Assembly: GCF_963921235.1 (NCBI RefSeq)
Contig: NC_086097.1
Span: forward strand, 134,170,001 to 134,234,000
Source: Mobula hypostoma
Taxonomy: Eukaryota
Reading direction: 5' to 3'
Length of the DNA: 64,000 nt
Below the pieces are notes generated by a model that was not told the DNA's origin, did not search any database, and saw only the letters and a program-made list of their open reading frames with translations. Of this stretch, positions 11,467-24,600 are shown piece after piece. The position numbers and the translations under genes are program-made. Numbering within the stretch: position 1 is the first letter of the stretch; the number at the start of each line of letters is the position of its first letter.

Positions 11467-11755
11467 GTGGCATGGTAGTATAGAGTAGTGTCACATAATA
11501 GGTTCCATTCCTGCCACTGTCTGTAAGAAGTTTGTACATCGTCCCCTTAACCACGTGGGTTTTCTCTGTCTGCTCCAGTTTTCTCCCACATTACAAGGAC
11601 GTAAGGGAGAGGGACAGTAAGTTGTGGGCATGCTATGTTGGTGCTGAAAGCATGTTAACACTTGCAGGCTGCCCTCAGGACATCCTCGGCCTGAGTGGGT
11701 CATTGACGCAAACAACACATTTCATTGTATGTTCAATGTTTTGATAAATAACCTT
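11467..11755 (+). mobile_element. V-SINE (tRNA head + V domain), decayed
   Basis: Pol III box remnants followed by the V-domain-like gtttgtacatcgtcccc...cgtgggtttctctgtctgctccagttttctcccaca. Confidence 0.75.
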
Positions 11756-12899
11756 TAGTATCAACACCCTATATTCTTGCTTTTTGCCCCAATGCTTACA
11801 CCTCCCTATCTCTGCAATCTTTCCCAGCCCTACAACCACCCAAAAACTCGGCACTTTAGGGGATGTGCTGGAGGCAGATATGACAGAAACATCAAAGAAT
11901 CTCTTAGGTAAGAACATGAATGGAGGAAATGGAGGGATATAGACCAAAGTGATTAGACGTCAATAGCTCAATTCGTTCAGCACAACATTCTGGGCTAAAA
12001 GGCCTTTTCCGCTGCTGTACTGTTCCACATTCTATTCCATCACTTCTGGCCTGTTGATCAGATCTGAATATTCTTCAGAACTTAGGTTTTGGTCATTGTT
12101 CGAATAATTGGGAACAAAGGCAAAACTAGATACCACAGCACAAGGTGACAGACAAGAAATCAGATTAGGAATTCAGGACAAACCTCTGTACCTACTTTGT
12201 CACAACCTATCATGATTTTCTACATCTCTATCAGGTTAACCCATGGAAAAGTCCCAGTCATAATCTCCCAATAAGTTACACTTACAGTTCCAAAAGCTTT
12301 ATAAAAACTCTTTTTTAAAAACTCACTCCATTACCTCAACGCCTGTAAAAGGATAACTTACTTCCCAGCCTCTAAGCAGTTGCATTACTCTTTTCTTTTT
12401 TCATTGAGGCCCAACTGACTACCTGTTGAGCAGCTCATCAGTAGCTAAAGGATATTGTTTTAAGGTTAGAGGTGAATGTTTTAATAAGAACGTGAGAGGC
12501 AACTTTTTCTTAGACAGCAAGTGGTAGCTCATTGGATGCAGCTGCCAGTGGAAGTAGTTGAGGTAGGTACAGCACATTAGATATACTAAAGTAGTACAGG
12601 TATACGGATGACTAGAGTATAGATGGATATGGGCCAGTGCTGGGAAATGGGATTTGTTTAGTTCTGCTTCTGATTATGATTCATATTGGTTACCATGGAC
12701 AAGTATGGGCCAAAGGTCCTTTTCTCCATGCTGTACAACTTTGTGACTGTCACATTTCATTCGCCATTCCCCATAATTTTGATACTTAATTGTTAGCTTA
12801 TTTTGTTTATTCTTTGCTGTATAATAGCTAATAACTTACTTAGAACATCATGGCTATTTTAATCAAAGAACACACCCCTCCCTCTTTAAGTCTAACACA

Positions 12900-13240
12900 C
12901 CACTAAGAAAGTGCTGCAATATCAGAGGAGACAACTATCAGACTGGATATTAAGTCAAGGTCCTGGGCCATTCTGTCAGGTGAACTTAGAAGATCCCATT
13001 GTGCTATTTCGAAGAAGAGCAAGGATGTTCTCTCCAGTGCCCTGTCTAACACCTTATCAGCAATAATATGGAAACAAGCCACTTGCTCCATTTGCACATT
13101 TCTCTTTTTTGGGAGTTTGCTGGCTTCCAATTAGCAATTATCTTTCCAACATTTTAAGAGCATTATTTTACTTTTTTAGATGCTACGTACATTAACATAT
13201 TCTAAGGTTGTAAAATAGCATCACAGAAATGCAAGTTTAC
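12900..13240 (+). mobile_element. DeuSINE-family SINE (Deu domain), old
   Basis: caggtgaacttagaagatcccattgtgctatttcgaagaagagcaagg...ttctc matches the recalled Deu core caggtggacgtaaaagatcccatggcactattcgaagaagagcagggg. Confidence 0.7.
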
Positions 13241-13289
13241 ATTTTGATGATTAAGCAGAAGACCTTTCATATACTTAAATCTTGTAAAC

Positions 13290-13865
13290 TGAGTTATACA
13301 GCAGGGAAACAGGTTCTTTGGCCTGTCTGATCCATTATGACCAAATGCTCTACCCAAGCTACTAGTCCCATTTGCTATCATTTGACCCTAACCTTCTAAA
13401 GCATTCCTGTTGATATACTTTCCAATTTTTTTTTCTACATCCTCTGGAAGGTCTTCCATAATAATACAAACCCCCAGTTTCCTTAAACCTATGCCCTCCG
13501 CTTCTTTATTCCCTAAGCATGGAAAAAAGACTGAGTGTTTTGAGCATGTATATGGCCCTTATGATTTTATACACCTCTATAACATCACTTCTCAGTCTCC
13601 AATACTCTAAGGAATAAAATCCTAGGCCATCCAACCTCTCCCAGTAACTCAGTTCCTCAAAAACTGACAACATTTCGGCACTCTTTCTAATTTAATATAA
13701 TTTTACCTGTAGTAGGGTAACAAACCTGAACACAATACTCCAAGTGTGGCCTGACCAGCATCCTGTGCAACTGTACTTTGACCTCCCAACTTTTATACTC
13801 AATAACCTGACTTACGAAGACCGGCATGCCAAAAGCCTTCACCACCCTGTCTACCTGTGCTGACT
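13290..13865 (-). mobile_element. CR1 3' fragment, decayed
   Basis: Typical CR1 C-terminal sequence (caatactccaagtgtggcctgacc = VRPHLEYC on the minus strand) and 3' UTR. Confidence 0.75.
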
Positions 13866-14724
13866 ACCATGGCAGAATCAAAAATGGCAGAACTTTTCTT
13901 CCCGTTCAATAAAGACTGCTTCTATCACATCTATTGTCAAGTCTTTACTGTAGGAATAGGGAGCACATCCGATTCCAACACCTCCACAACTGGAATATCG
14001 CCTCTGGATCCAGCTCGGGCTGATATAGTAAGCCTGTAAGTGGTCCCATGTGAAATCTGATAACTTCAGATGAAATTGTACACAGTCCATTAACCCAAGT
14101 CTGGGACCAGTAGTGTGACAAGCCACAATAATTACTGATCCAGAAACAGGAAATGTACTGGTGTATTCACTGCTTCTCTTATGAGTTTGGAGATTAAGGT
14201 ACAAGAAGGAAAAATGACATTCATCCATACTGATGTAGCAGAAGTCCCCAAGGTCCACCTGTACAAAAATACAAACACTGAACCATATGACTCTTTATCC
14301 ACTTTCGTCAATTTATACAGGGCTTGTGAAACTGTCACAGAGAGATTTGCCTTCCATTCACTTCAACTTGAATCAAATCTGGACTTGAAGACAAGTGAAG
14401 CAAACAGCTCTTTGCATTATGCCTAACCTTACATGAAGAGTCCTTTACACTCTTCCTAAAACAGCAGCCAGAGCTCTGGTCCATTGATTCCAAGACACAA
14501 GTACGAATCCTACCAAGGCTGCTGGGGAATTTAAATTCCAATAATTAAAAACATCTGGGATTAAAGCTAATCTCAGTAACTGTTGCCTGCTGCTGTTCCT
14601 ACCTGGTTTCTCTTTATGTGACCCCAGATCCTTCAACTCTTAGGTGCCTTCTCAGTCCAGGGACAATGAGAGATTGACGATTAATCCTGACACTGTCTAG
14701 TGATAGGTGTCTAAAACTAGAGGA

Positions 14725-15036
14725 CCATTATGCTGGAAAGAGTGCAGAGGATACTTATGAGAATGTTGCCTGCATTCAAGGGATTGAGTTATGGAGGCAG
14801 GTTGAGTAAATTGGGACTTTTTTTTACTGGAGCCGAGGAGAATGAGGTGATCTTATAGAAGTGCATTAAATCACAAGGGGCATAGAATGGGAGAATACGT
14901 ACAGTCCTTTTCCCAGGGTTGGGGAGTCAGAAACTGGAAGGCAGGGGTTTAGGGTGACAGTGGAGATATTTAATAGAGACCTGAGTAGTAAAGTTTTCAC
15001 TCAGACGGTTGTCCATATATGCAATGAGATGCCAGA
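14725..15036 (+). mobile_element. Older CR1 3' fragment that resumes at about 19835 after a younger CR1 insertion
   Basis: LERVQR-like coding remnant; ...gagatgccagag at 15036 continues as agaggaagt...gcaggtaca at 19835. Confidence 0.7.
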
Positions 15037-15468
15037 GTTATAGAAAACTACAGCACAGTAACAGGCCCTTCAGCCCATCTAGTCCATGTTGAACCATTTA
15101 AACTGCCTGCTCCCATCAACCTACACCAATCGCATCCACCAATGGTGCTGCAGCTCTCACCATCCTCTGAGAGAAGAAGTTGCCCCTCGTGTTCCCAGTA
15201 AACATTTCATCTTTCACCCTTAACCGATGACCTGTAGTTGCAGTCTCATCAATGGAAAGAAACCTGCTTGCAGTTAACCTATCTATAACCCTCATAATTT
15301 TGCATATCTTTGTCAAATCTCCCCTCATTAATCTACTTTCTAATAACTAAAGTTCTAGCCTATTCAATCTTTCCTTATAACCCGGCAATATCCTTGTAAA
15401 TTTTCTCTGTAACACTTACAGTACGCTGGATGAACTCAGCAGGTCAGGCAGCATCAGTGGAAACGATG

Positions 15469-15504
15469 AGTCGACATTTCGAGTCAGAACCCTTCGTCAG
15501 GACT
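15469..15504 (-). ncRNA. Minimal type I hammerhead ribozyme motif in the inverted pseudo-LTR
   Basis: Minus strand reads AGUC CUGACGA A GGGU-UCUG-ACUC GAAA UG UC GACU. Confidence 0.7.
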
Positions 15505-15857
15505 GAAGAATGAAGGAGTTGGAAGGATTTGAAGAATGCTTGTAGGTTCAGTTGAAAGACCAGTAATTTGAAAGACAAAGGGGTGGGGGAGAGGAAGCAT
15601 CGACATCATGGCAGGAAAACAATGGGTAGTAGAAGAAGGAGGCGGAACCATGAGGGAGGTGATAGGCAGCTGGGGGAGGGGGCAGAGTGAAATAGGGATA
15701 GAGGAAGGGAGGGGATCGGTCCCTCCACGACTCCCTTATCTGCAAATCCATCCCCACGGATCTCCCACCCGGCACTTATCCCTGTAAGCGTAAGTGCTAC
15801 ACCTGTCCCTACACCTCCTCTCTTGCCACTATTCAGGGCCCCAAACAGTCCTTCCAG

Positions 15858-16184
15858 GTGAGGCAACACTTCACTTGTGAGTCTGTTGGGGTCATCTTTT
15901 GCATCCGGTGCTCCCGGTGCGGCCTCCTCTACATCGGTGAAACCCGACGCAGATTGGGGGACCGCTTCATTGAGCGCCTTCAATCCGTCCGCCACAACAG
16001 ACAGGATCTCCCAGTAGCCACCCACTTCAACTCTGCTTCCCACTCCCATTCAGATATGTCCATACATGGCCTCCTCTACTGCCATGATGAGGCTAAATTC
16101 AGGTTGGAGGAGCAACACCTCATATACCGTCTAGGTAGTCTCCAGCCCCTTGGTATGAACATAGAATTCTCCAACTTCCGGTAA
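15858..16184 (+). pseudogene. Penelope GIY-YIG endonuclease domain (C-terminal part of the ORF only)
   Basis: FTCESVGVIFCIRCSRCGLLYIGETRRRLGDRF...PVATHFNS..H...RLEEQHLI..LGSLQPLGMN. Confidence 0.92.
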
Positions 16185-16401
16185 TTCCCTCCCCCTCCCT
16201 TCCTCTATCCCTATTTCACTCTGCCCCCTCCCCCAGCTGCCTATCACTTCCCTCATGGTTCCGCCTCCTTCTACTACCCATTGTTTTCCTGCCTATGATG
16301 TCGATGCTTCCTCTCCCCCACCCCTTTGTCTTTCAAATTACTGGTCTTTCAACTGAACCTACAAGCATTCTTCAAATCCCCTTCCACCTCCTTCATTCTT
16401 C

Positions 16402-16437
16402 AGTCCTGACGAAGGGTTCCGACCCGAAACGTCAACT
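16402..16437 (+). ncRNA. Minimal type I hammerhead ribozyme motif in the Penelope 3' pseudo-LTR
   Basis: AGUC CUGACGA A GGGU-UCCG-ACCC GAAA CG UC AACU: conserved core, 4-bp stem II, palindromic ACGU in place of helix III, one mismatch in stem I. Confidence 0.8.
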
Positions 16438-19400
16438 CATCGTTTCCACTGATGCTGCCCGACCTGCTGAGCTCATCCAGCGTACTGTAAGTGTTGCTTT
16501 GATTACAGCATCTGCAGATTATTTTGTGTTTAAATTTTCTCTGTACTCTTTCAATCTTATTTACATCTTTCTTGTAGGTACAGCAGGTGAATGAAACTGC
16601 ACACAGTACTCCAACTTAGGCTTCATCAATATCCTATACCGCTTCAACATAACACGACAAATGCTGTACTCAATACATTGATCTATGAAGACCAATGTGC
16701 CAAAAGCTTTCCTTACAACCTTGGCTACAGTTCTGTGACGCCACTTTCAATAAATTATGGAGCTGTTTTCCCAGATCCCTTTGTTCTATTGCACTTCTCA
16801 GTATCCTACCGCCCACTGTCTAAGACCTACCCTGGTATGTCCTCCCAAAGTGCAACACCTCACACTTGTCTGCATTGAATTCTATCTGCCACTGTTCAGC
16901 CCATTTCTCCAGCTGGTCCAGATCCCACTGCAAGCTTTGATAGTCTTTCTCACTGTCCTCTACACCCCCAAACTTGGTGCCACCCACAAATTTGCTGATC
17001 CAGTTAACCGCATTATCATCCAGATCATCCACAACAGACCCAACACCAATACCTGTGACACTCTACTAGTCACAAGCTTTCAGTCAGAGAGGCAACCATC
17101 TACTACCACGCTCTGGCTTCTGCCCAAAGCCAATGTCTAATCCAATTCACTACCTCATCCTGAATATCAAGCAACTGAACCTTTTTGACCAGCCTTCCCT
17201 GCAGGACTTGTCAAATTCCCCGCTGAAATCCATGTGGACAATTTCCACTGTTTTGCCTTCATCAACTTTCCTGGTATTGACCTACTATGCTAACAATCCC
17301 TAATCAGTCCCTATCTATCTAAATATTCATATATTGGGTTGTTTAGAATACCTTCCCATATCTTTCCTACTACTGACATCTGGCTCACCAGCCAATAATC
17401 TCCAGGTTTATTTCTAGAACCTTTCTTAAACAGCAGAACAACATCAGCAATCCTCCAATCCTCTGGTACCCCACATGTCACTAAGGATGATTTAAATATC
17501 TCTGCTAGGGCCCCTGCAATTTCTGCACTTGCATCCCACATTGTCAGGCCTTGGGGATTTGTCCACCTAATTTGCCTCCTCCTCTGTAATCTGTATAGGG
17601 CCCATAAACTTGGTGCTGCTTTGCCTCATCTTATAGACTCAGGGTCAGTCTCCCGAGTAAATACAGATGGAAAAAATCGATTTACGATCTTGCAGTCTCT
17701 TTTGCCTCCATGGATAGATTACCATTCTGATCTTCCAGAGGACTAATTTTGTCCCTTGCAATCCTTTTGCTCTTTATACACATGTAGAAGGCCTTAGGAT
17801 TCTCCTTCACTTTGTCTGCTAGAGCAGCCTCATGACTTCTTTTAGCTCTCCCGACTTCTTTCTTGCATTTCATATACTCCTTAAGTACCTCATTTCTTCC
17901 TGCCTGCCTATACCTGCTATACACCTTTTTTTTCTTAATCTCTTTTGAAAACCAAGGTTTCCTAAACCTGTTATCCTTACCTTTTACTATATCAGGCACA
18001 TGCAAGCTTTGTGCTCTCAGAATTTCACTTTTGAAGGCCTCGCACTTGCCTTTGCCAGAAAACAGCTTGTCACAATCCACACTTGCCAATCCTTTCTGAT
18101 ACCAGCAAAATTGGCCTTTCACCAATTTAGAATCTCCACCCACAGATCTGACCTATCCTTTTCCATAGTTACCTTGAAACTAATGGCATTATGATCACTG
18201 AATGCAAAGTGTTCCCCTACACAAATCTCTGTCACCTGCCCTGTCTCATTCCCTAATAGGAGATCAAGTATTGCACATTCTCTTGTTGGGACTTCTATGT
18301 ACTGATTAAGAAAACTTTCCTGAACACATATGACAAACTCTATTCCATCTAGTACTTTACAGCATGGGAGTCCCAGTCAATATTTGTCAAGTTAAAATCA
18401 CCAACTATCATAACTTTATGTTTCTTGTAATAGTCTGTGATCTCCCTACAAATTAGTTCCTCTAAATTACACGGACTGTTGGGTGATATATAAGATAGCC
18501 ACATTAACGTGATCATACTTTTCTTATTCCTCATTTCTACTCATAAAGTCTCACTGGATGAGTTCTCCAGTCTGTTCTGACTGAGCACTGCCATGGCATT
18601 TTCCCACCCCTCCCCCTTTAATCCCTCCCACTCTATTCCGGTATGTTGAGCTGCTAGTCCTGCCCCTCCTACAAAAAAGTCTCATTATAGCTACAATATT
18701 ATAATTCCATGTGTTGATGCATGCCCTGATCTCATCTGCCTTCCTTACAACACTTCTTGCATTGAAATAAACGCAACTCAGAACGTTAGTCACATGCTCA
18801 ACCTTTTGATTTCTGAATTTGTCTGAGGTCTTAACGATATCTGTCTCCACAACCACTCCACTGTCTGTTCTGACACTCTGGTTCCCATACCCTGCAACTC
18901 TAGTTTAAGCACCTCTGTGCAGTACTAGCAAACCTTCCTGCTGGGATATTAGCCCCCACCAATTTAGTTGCAAATCGTCTCTTCTGTACAGGTCCAAAAT
19001 TCCCTGGAAGAGAGCCCAGTGATCCTCCCTCCTGCACCAACTCCTTAGCCATGTGTTAAACTGTATGATCTTCCTTTTTCTGGTGTCACTAGCATGTGGT
19101 ATGGGTAGGAGTCATGAGATCATGACCCTGGAGGTCCTGTCCTTTAATTTAGCACCTAACTCCATGAACTCATTTTGCGGAACCTCCTCCCTCTTCCTAC
19201 CTAAGTCATTGGACTGTATATGGACTATGACCTCTGGCTTCTCACCCTCCTACTTAAGAATGTTGAGGACTTGATCCAAGTTGTCCCAGACCCTGACGCC
19301 CGGGAGGCAACATATCATCCAGGAATCATCTTATCCATAGAACCTCCTTTCTGTTTCCCTGACTAACAAATCCCCTATCACCATAGCTCCCCTCTTTCTC

Positions 19401-20729
19401 CCTTTCACTTCTTGCAAGTGAACACAGGAGTCCACCTGCCTTCTCACATCCCGCAAGAGGAGCATACAACTATCCTGCCTGGCATCCCTACTGCTCTAAC
19501 TGTGCAATTTTAATAAAGAAAACAATAAATAATCTGAAAAAAAATCTACCTACAGTTTTTCACCTTCCCTCACTCAAGCCTCTGCTCACTGAAGCCTCAA
19601 AGAGCTAAATTCACAAATCCCCACTCTAACACTGACTACTCCAACAAAGGCCTCCCTACTTGCCCTGCCTTATTTTACTTGCCCTTGCTAATTAATCCTG
19701 ATTTCTGATTGGCAGCTGTTCAAACACTGAAACTCCTGCAAAGTGTTGCTTTTTAATGCACACTCACTGACCTGTGTGAGTCACCTCTTCCCTCCCTCCC
19801 GATCGCTGAATGGCCACTGTTCAAACCTTCCTCTAGAGGAAGTCTTTAAGGCAGGTACATCAACAACATTTTAAAAGGGTTATGGTACATGAATTAGGAA
19901 ATATTTAGAGGGATATGGACCAAATTAAATGGGACTGCATAAGATCATAAGACATAGAAGCAGAATTAGGCCATTCAGTCCATTGAGTTTTCTCTATCAT
20001 TCCATTAACGCTGATTTATTTTTTCTCTCAACCCTATTCTCCTGTCTTCTCGCTGTAACCTTTTATGTTCCTACCAATTAGGAACCTATTCACCTCCGCT
20101 TTAAATATACCCAGCGACAATTCTTCGTCAGTGTGAACAAGTTGGGCTAAAGGCGCTGTTTCCATTTTTCACAATTCTATGACACAGGAAGAGGGAAAAG
20201 GCTTCAAGGAAATCTGGGGGTAAAATTTTCACACAAAGAATAATTGGTATCTCGAACGAGCTGCCAGAGGAGATGGTGGAGGCAGGAACAGTAACAACAT
20301 TTAAGAGGCAGTTTGACAGATGCCTGAATGAGCAGGGCACTGAGGGATGCTATATTAATGCAGGCAATGGACAAAGGGCCTGATTCTATGATACACAACT
20401 CTATGACATCCCACAAATAAATAAAGAAAATAATTTAAACACAGACCAAACCTGCAACATTGAAATCCATCACAATGAAGCAAGCGAATGGGGAAAAAAA
20501 ATTGAGAAAAAGAGATTTGTGAATGTTTCAAAAGCAAAACATGGGATGTTGGAAATCTTGGAAAACAGAAAATGCTGGGCATGTTACTTCTCTTCTAGGG
20601 ATTAATAAACTCCCACTTCTCTCCTCAGAAGAAGTTCTGCCCTCATCTCTGTGATTGCTCTTTTGCCATTCTCCTGCTTTACTATTGCCCCTTCACTGCC
20701 AGATACAGCCACAAAAAAATGGCATGCAT

Positions 20730-21630
20730 CATCATCTTTCATCAGTGGTGATGATGGGCAAACTCTTGAACAGGATTCTTGGAGACAGGGTTCACAAGCA
20801 TTTGGAAAAGCATAGTCTGATCAGGGTTAGTCAGCGTGGCTTTGTGATGGAGCAGCTCATGCCTCATGAGTTTGATTGACTTCCTCAAGGAAGTGATAAA
20901 ACAAATCAATGAAGATAGAGCAGTGGATGTGGTGTAAATGGATCTTAGCAAGGCATTCGATGAGGTTCCTATGGCACTCTCATTCAGCTCATTCAGAAAG
21001 TAAGGAGGCTTGGGATCAAGAGAAACTTGGCTGACTGGACTCAGAATTGGCTTGCCCACAGAAGACAGAGGGTGATAGTAGATAGGGTGTACTCTGCCCG
21101 GAGGTGTGTGACTAGTGGTGTTCTGCAGGGATCTGCTCTGGGATCTTTGCTTTTTGTAATTTTTATAAATGACTTGGTTGAGGAAGTGGAAGGGTGGGTT
21201 AGTAAATCATAAAAATGAGAAAGTCTGCAGATGTTGGAAGTACAAAGCAACACACACAGAATACTGGAGAAACTCAGCCAGGTCAGGCAGGATCTGTGGA
21301 AATGAACAGTCAACGTTTCGGGCTGAGACCCTTCTTCAGGTCAGGCACAGATGCTGCCTGACCTGCTGCATTCCTCCAGCATTGCCCATGTGTTGCGTTG
21401 GGTGGGTTAGTAAATTTGCAGATGACACAAAGGTTAGTGAAGTTGTGGATAGAGTAGAAGGTTGTCATAGGTTACAACGGGACATTGACAGGAATCAGAG
21501 CTCAGCTGCAAAGTGGTAGGCGGATTTGGATTTGGAGAAGTGTCAAGTGATACACTTTGGAAGGTCAAACTTGAAGGCAGAGTACAAGATTAATGGGGGT
21601 ATTCTTAGCAATGTGGAGGAACAGAGGGAT
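20730..21630 (+). mobile_element. CR1 RT fragment interrupted by a Penelope tail
   Basis: WTQNWLAHRRQRV, SGVLQGSALGSLLFVIFINDL, KFADDTK. Confidence 0.9.
21208..21399. mobile_element. Penelope-derived short insertion (inverted tail pair) with 16-bp TSD
   Basis: TSD GGGTGGGTTAGTAAAT at 21192-21207 and 21400-21415; hammerhead core on the minus strand at about 21308-21340. Confidence 0.88.
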
Positions 21631-24600
21631 GCCAACATCCATGTAAGAGACAACCCCATAGCTAAAGGAATGGAATCACATAGAGACCAGACCAGGAATG
21701 AAAACAAGACCCCTTTCCCTAAAGACCATTCACGAACCAGATGTGTTACTAATCATAAGTCAGTAGTTGAATAATATAGATCCTGGAAAATACTCAGTAG
21801 AAAGGCGGAGAGAGTTAGATTTAGCTTGTCCATGATTTTTCATCAAATCTCCAGCAGCTTTATGGCCACCATTAATAAAACAAGCATTGTGTTCCAGCTC
21901 TATTTAATTAGTTTAATTTAAATTCACAGATGCTATGATGAGCTCAAATATCCAAATCACTAATGCAGTCTCTGGATTAGAGTCTAATAACTTAACCAAC
22001 ATACTTCTGTTCCCACTCTACAATTGTTCAACCTATGTTAACTTATCTGTTATTCATTTCACAGTGTAATCTTTCACACATACTTATGTGTTCTTGTACA
22101 TAAATATCTCACAAAATAACATACATATTTCCCTATAGTATATTGTATATGTATTTCACCAGATGATATATGTATTTCATTATGTAGTTGATTTGGGGAT
22201 TTCCTTCTGCTGAAATACCAGTTTTTTTCCTATGAAAATTTTCTCTTATGACACCTCCAGGGAAGGCTCCTCAGACGGTTCCCTTGTACTCCATTGTAAA
22301 TTAAATCACAAGCTGCACCATTATATGGTTGATTTGAGATGTTGCCATTTTTTTTTTGCCTTTGGTAGTCGACGAGTCAGTATATCAGAAGCCTCTGAAG
22401 TTGTTTATTAGTTTTAACCACCAACCACATCTGTTGGATTATTTCTTTTTGCAGCAATGTGTTATTTTTTATCAAGAGCTTTTGCATTTTTCTTTTGTAG
22501 TTTGATATAAAGCACTCGAGTAATAATTATTATCAAAAGCCAAAAGGGTGCTTGAGCCTGGGTATAATGGATGTAGGTCATAAACATTTTCATGTTGGAA
22601 TACATTCTGAAGTTTCCGTTTACTGTACAGCAGAATTAGACACCTAAACATGCTCACTAAAATACAAAACATTTGTAATTGTACATCTTTCCTCAACAAA
22701 GTCAGATGACAAAGGGATTCCTATTCTAAAAGAACTCAGGAAGAAAATAAGCCTCCATTTTGTTCCTCCAGCAACACCATTAGTTTCCACAGAATGAAAA
22801 ATAACTGCAATAACAATAATCCAAGGGACAAGATTATGATCATGGCCAGAGCTTAAAAAAAATGTGTTCACGATTTTGATGTGCATCTCTTCTCAGGAAG
22901 AAGTAAAATTAACTGGAATTTTGTTACAATTATTTCTCATCAACAAGCATTTGCACCTTGTGGAGATAAGAGTTTACATCTAGTTTTTTTTTAATGTAAC
23001 CGGGGAAAATATTTTCATTGTTGTCCCAAGATCATAAGATACCTCCTGAAGATAGTCTCCGGGCAAATCGAACTTGAGTCAAGGTCAATTTTAACAAACA
23101 AGCCAGGACTTTTTTTTTAAAGGGGTTTGCTGTAGGGGGAGAGCTACTCAATTCCCCATGGTCCTGCTTTTGCAACATGTAGGTGCGATGCACACCTTGA
23201 GAGTGCACACCTTTCTCAGCACGTCTCATCTCACCTTTTGGTACCACCAGTGAACATGGCTAGAATGGGAGTCAAGGCACCTGTGGGGTGAAAAGAAGGG
23301 GAGAGCACGTAGTCACTTCAGAATCAAGAAGACAGCTCTCCTTATCAGAATATTAAGTAACCAGAATCATACCGGAGACGCCCAGTCATGCTGTGGGTGT
23401 ATACTTGGATTTCTAGCAGGCTTTTTTGACCTAATTGCAGATCTAACTAAACTAATTAATCACTGCAACCCGTTCAAAATGACAAGGTTTGGCAAGGTGA
23501 CATTCCGCAAAAAAAACTCCAATTTGTTTTTTTTTAATCCCACAGCAATTTATTTCCTGAATATCTAAGATTTCCCTGTGTAAGAATTCCAACAGAAAGA
23601 AAAGGAACCCAAGGTTAACTGTACTGTACGCTTATTCAATATTTATGAATTTTAGTGTATACTTGCAAGGTTTTGTGAGATTCAAACGGGTGCATTAATC
23701 AAAAAAGAAACAGAAAATGACAAAAATGGGCATTCTGACAACTCACTGGTGTTCATTTCATGAGAATTAGGCAATAACTTTATTAATCAACAGTTCCTGA
23801 CTAATTGTTACAAAGTGTCATCCATAAATTTTCTTTCAATTTAATAATCCTTCCTCAGGACTAACAATATCCCCTGTGATTTCAGTTTTATTGAGAGCTG
23901 AGCTCTTATGGAGAAGCAATGACACAAATAGCTCAACAGAGCCAAGACACCTCCATGGACAGTCTTCACAAGCCTGACAGTTATGAAATACAATTATCAG
24001 TATGATCTGCTTAAGAATTCATCATCTGCTCCTGGCTTCAGAGAATTTTTTTGTAACTAAAATACTGAGACAACGCAAAAAAAAAGATGCATTTTTGTCA
24101 CACCCTATAGCTGCAAATTGAAGAAAATTATTTTGCTTGCCTTCAGCTAATTGGATTTTCCACTTATTGTATATTTGCAGATGAAAAAAAGTGTTGAATA
24201 ATTTTAGTTGGAAGAGCAGGATTAGAAATATATGCAAAGGACCTAATTTGTTACACAGTACATGGTGCAGAGGTATATAATGAGAATGGTTGCTTTCTCT
24301 TTTTTGCTTGCAAGATGTTTGGAACAAACACAGATATTTTATTTTTTTTGTCATTTCCTTCATCCACCATTCCAACCCCCCCCCCCAATTTAATTAGCTA
24401 ACATTTATCTCAGCTTTTACTTACAGTGCTTGTTTACCTTATCATCAGTCTTGACATGGGCCAATTAGTACAGTGTAATTGTTTAACCTACTCAGTATGG
24501 TACAGAGAGCATGCATCATAGCTGCTTACTAAAAAGGAATTTTTGCATGACAGCTGCTTCAAAGCTGGCCATTCAGGCCCTTTACCTTGCCTTTCATGCT

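Larger units (their letters stand above)
15412..16530 (+). mobile_element. Penelope-like element, 5'-truncated, with inverted pseudo-LTR and 15-bp TSD
   Basis: An inverted repeat of about 300 bp (15412-15716 vs about 16190-16495) flanks a GIY-YIG ORF; TSD TAAATTTTCTCTGTA at 15397-15411 and 16531-16545. Confidence 0.95.
15037..19834 (-). mobile_element. Near full-length CR1 LINE (ORF1 esterase + ORF2), decayed, interrupted by a Penelope-like element
   Basis: ORF fragments 15116-15328, 16820-17032, 17311-17541, 17682-18143, 18349-18534 and 18551-18856 (CVYFNARS) are collinear CR1 ORF2; 18900-19400 resembles the ORF1 esterase region at 49056-49659. Confidence 0.9.
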
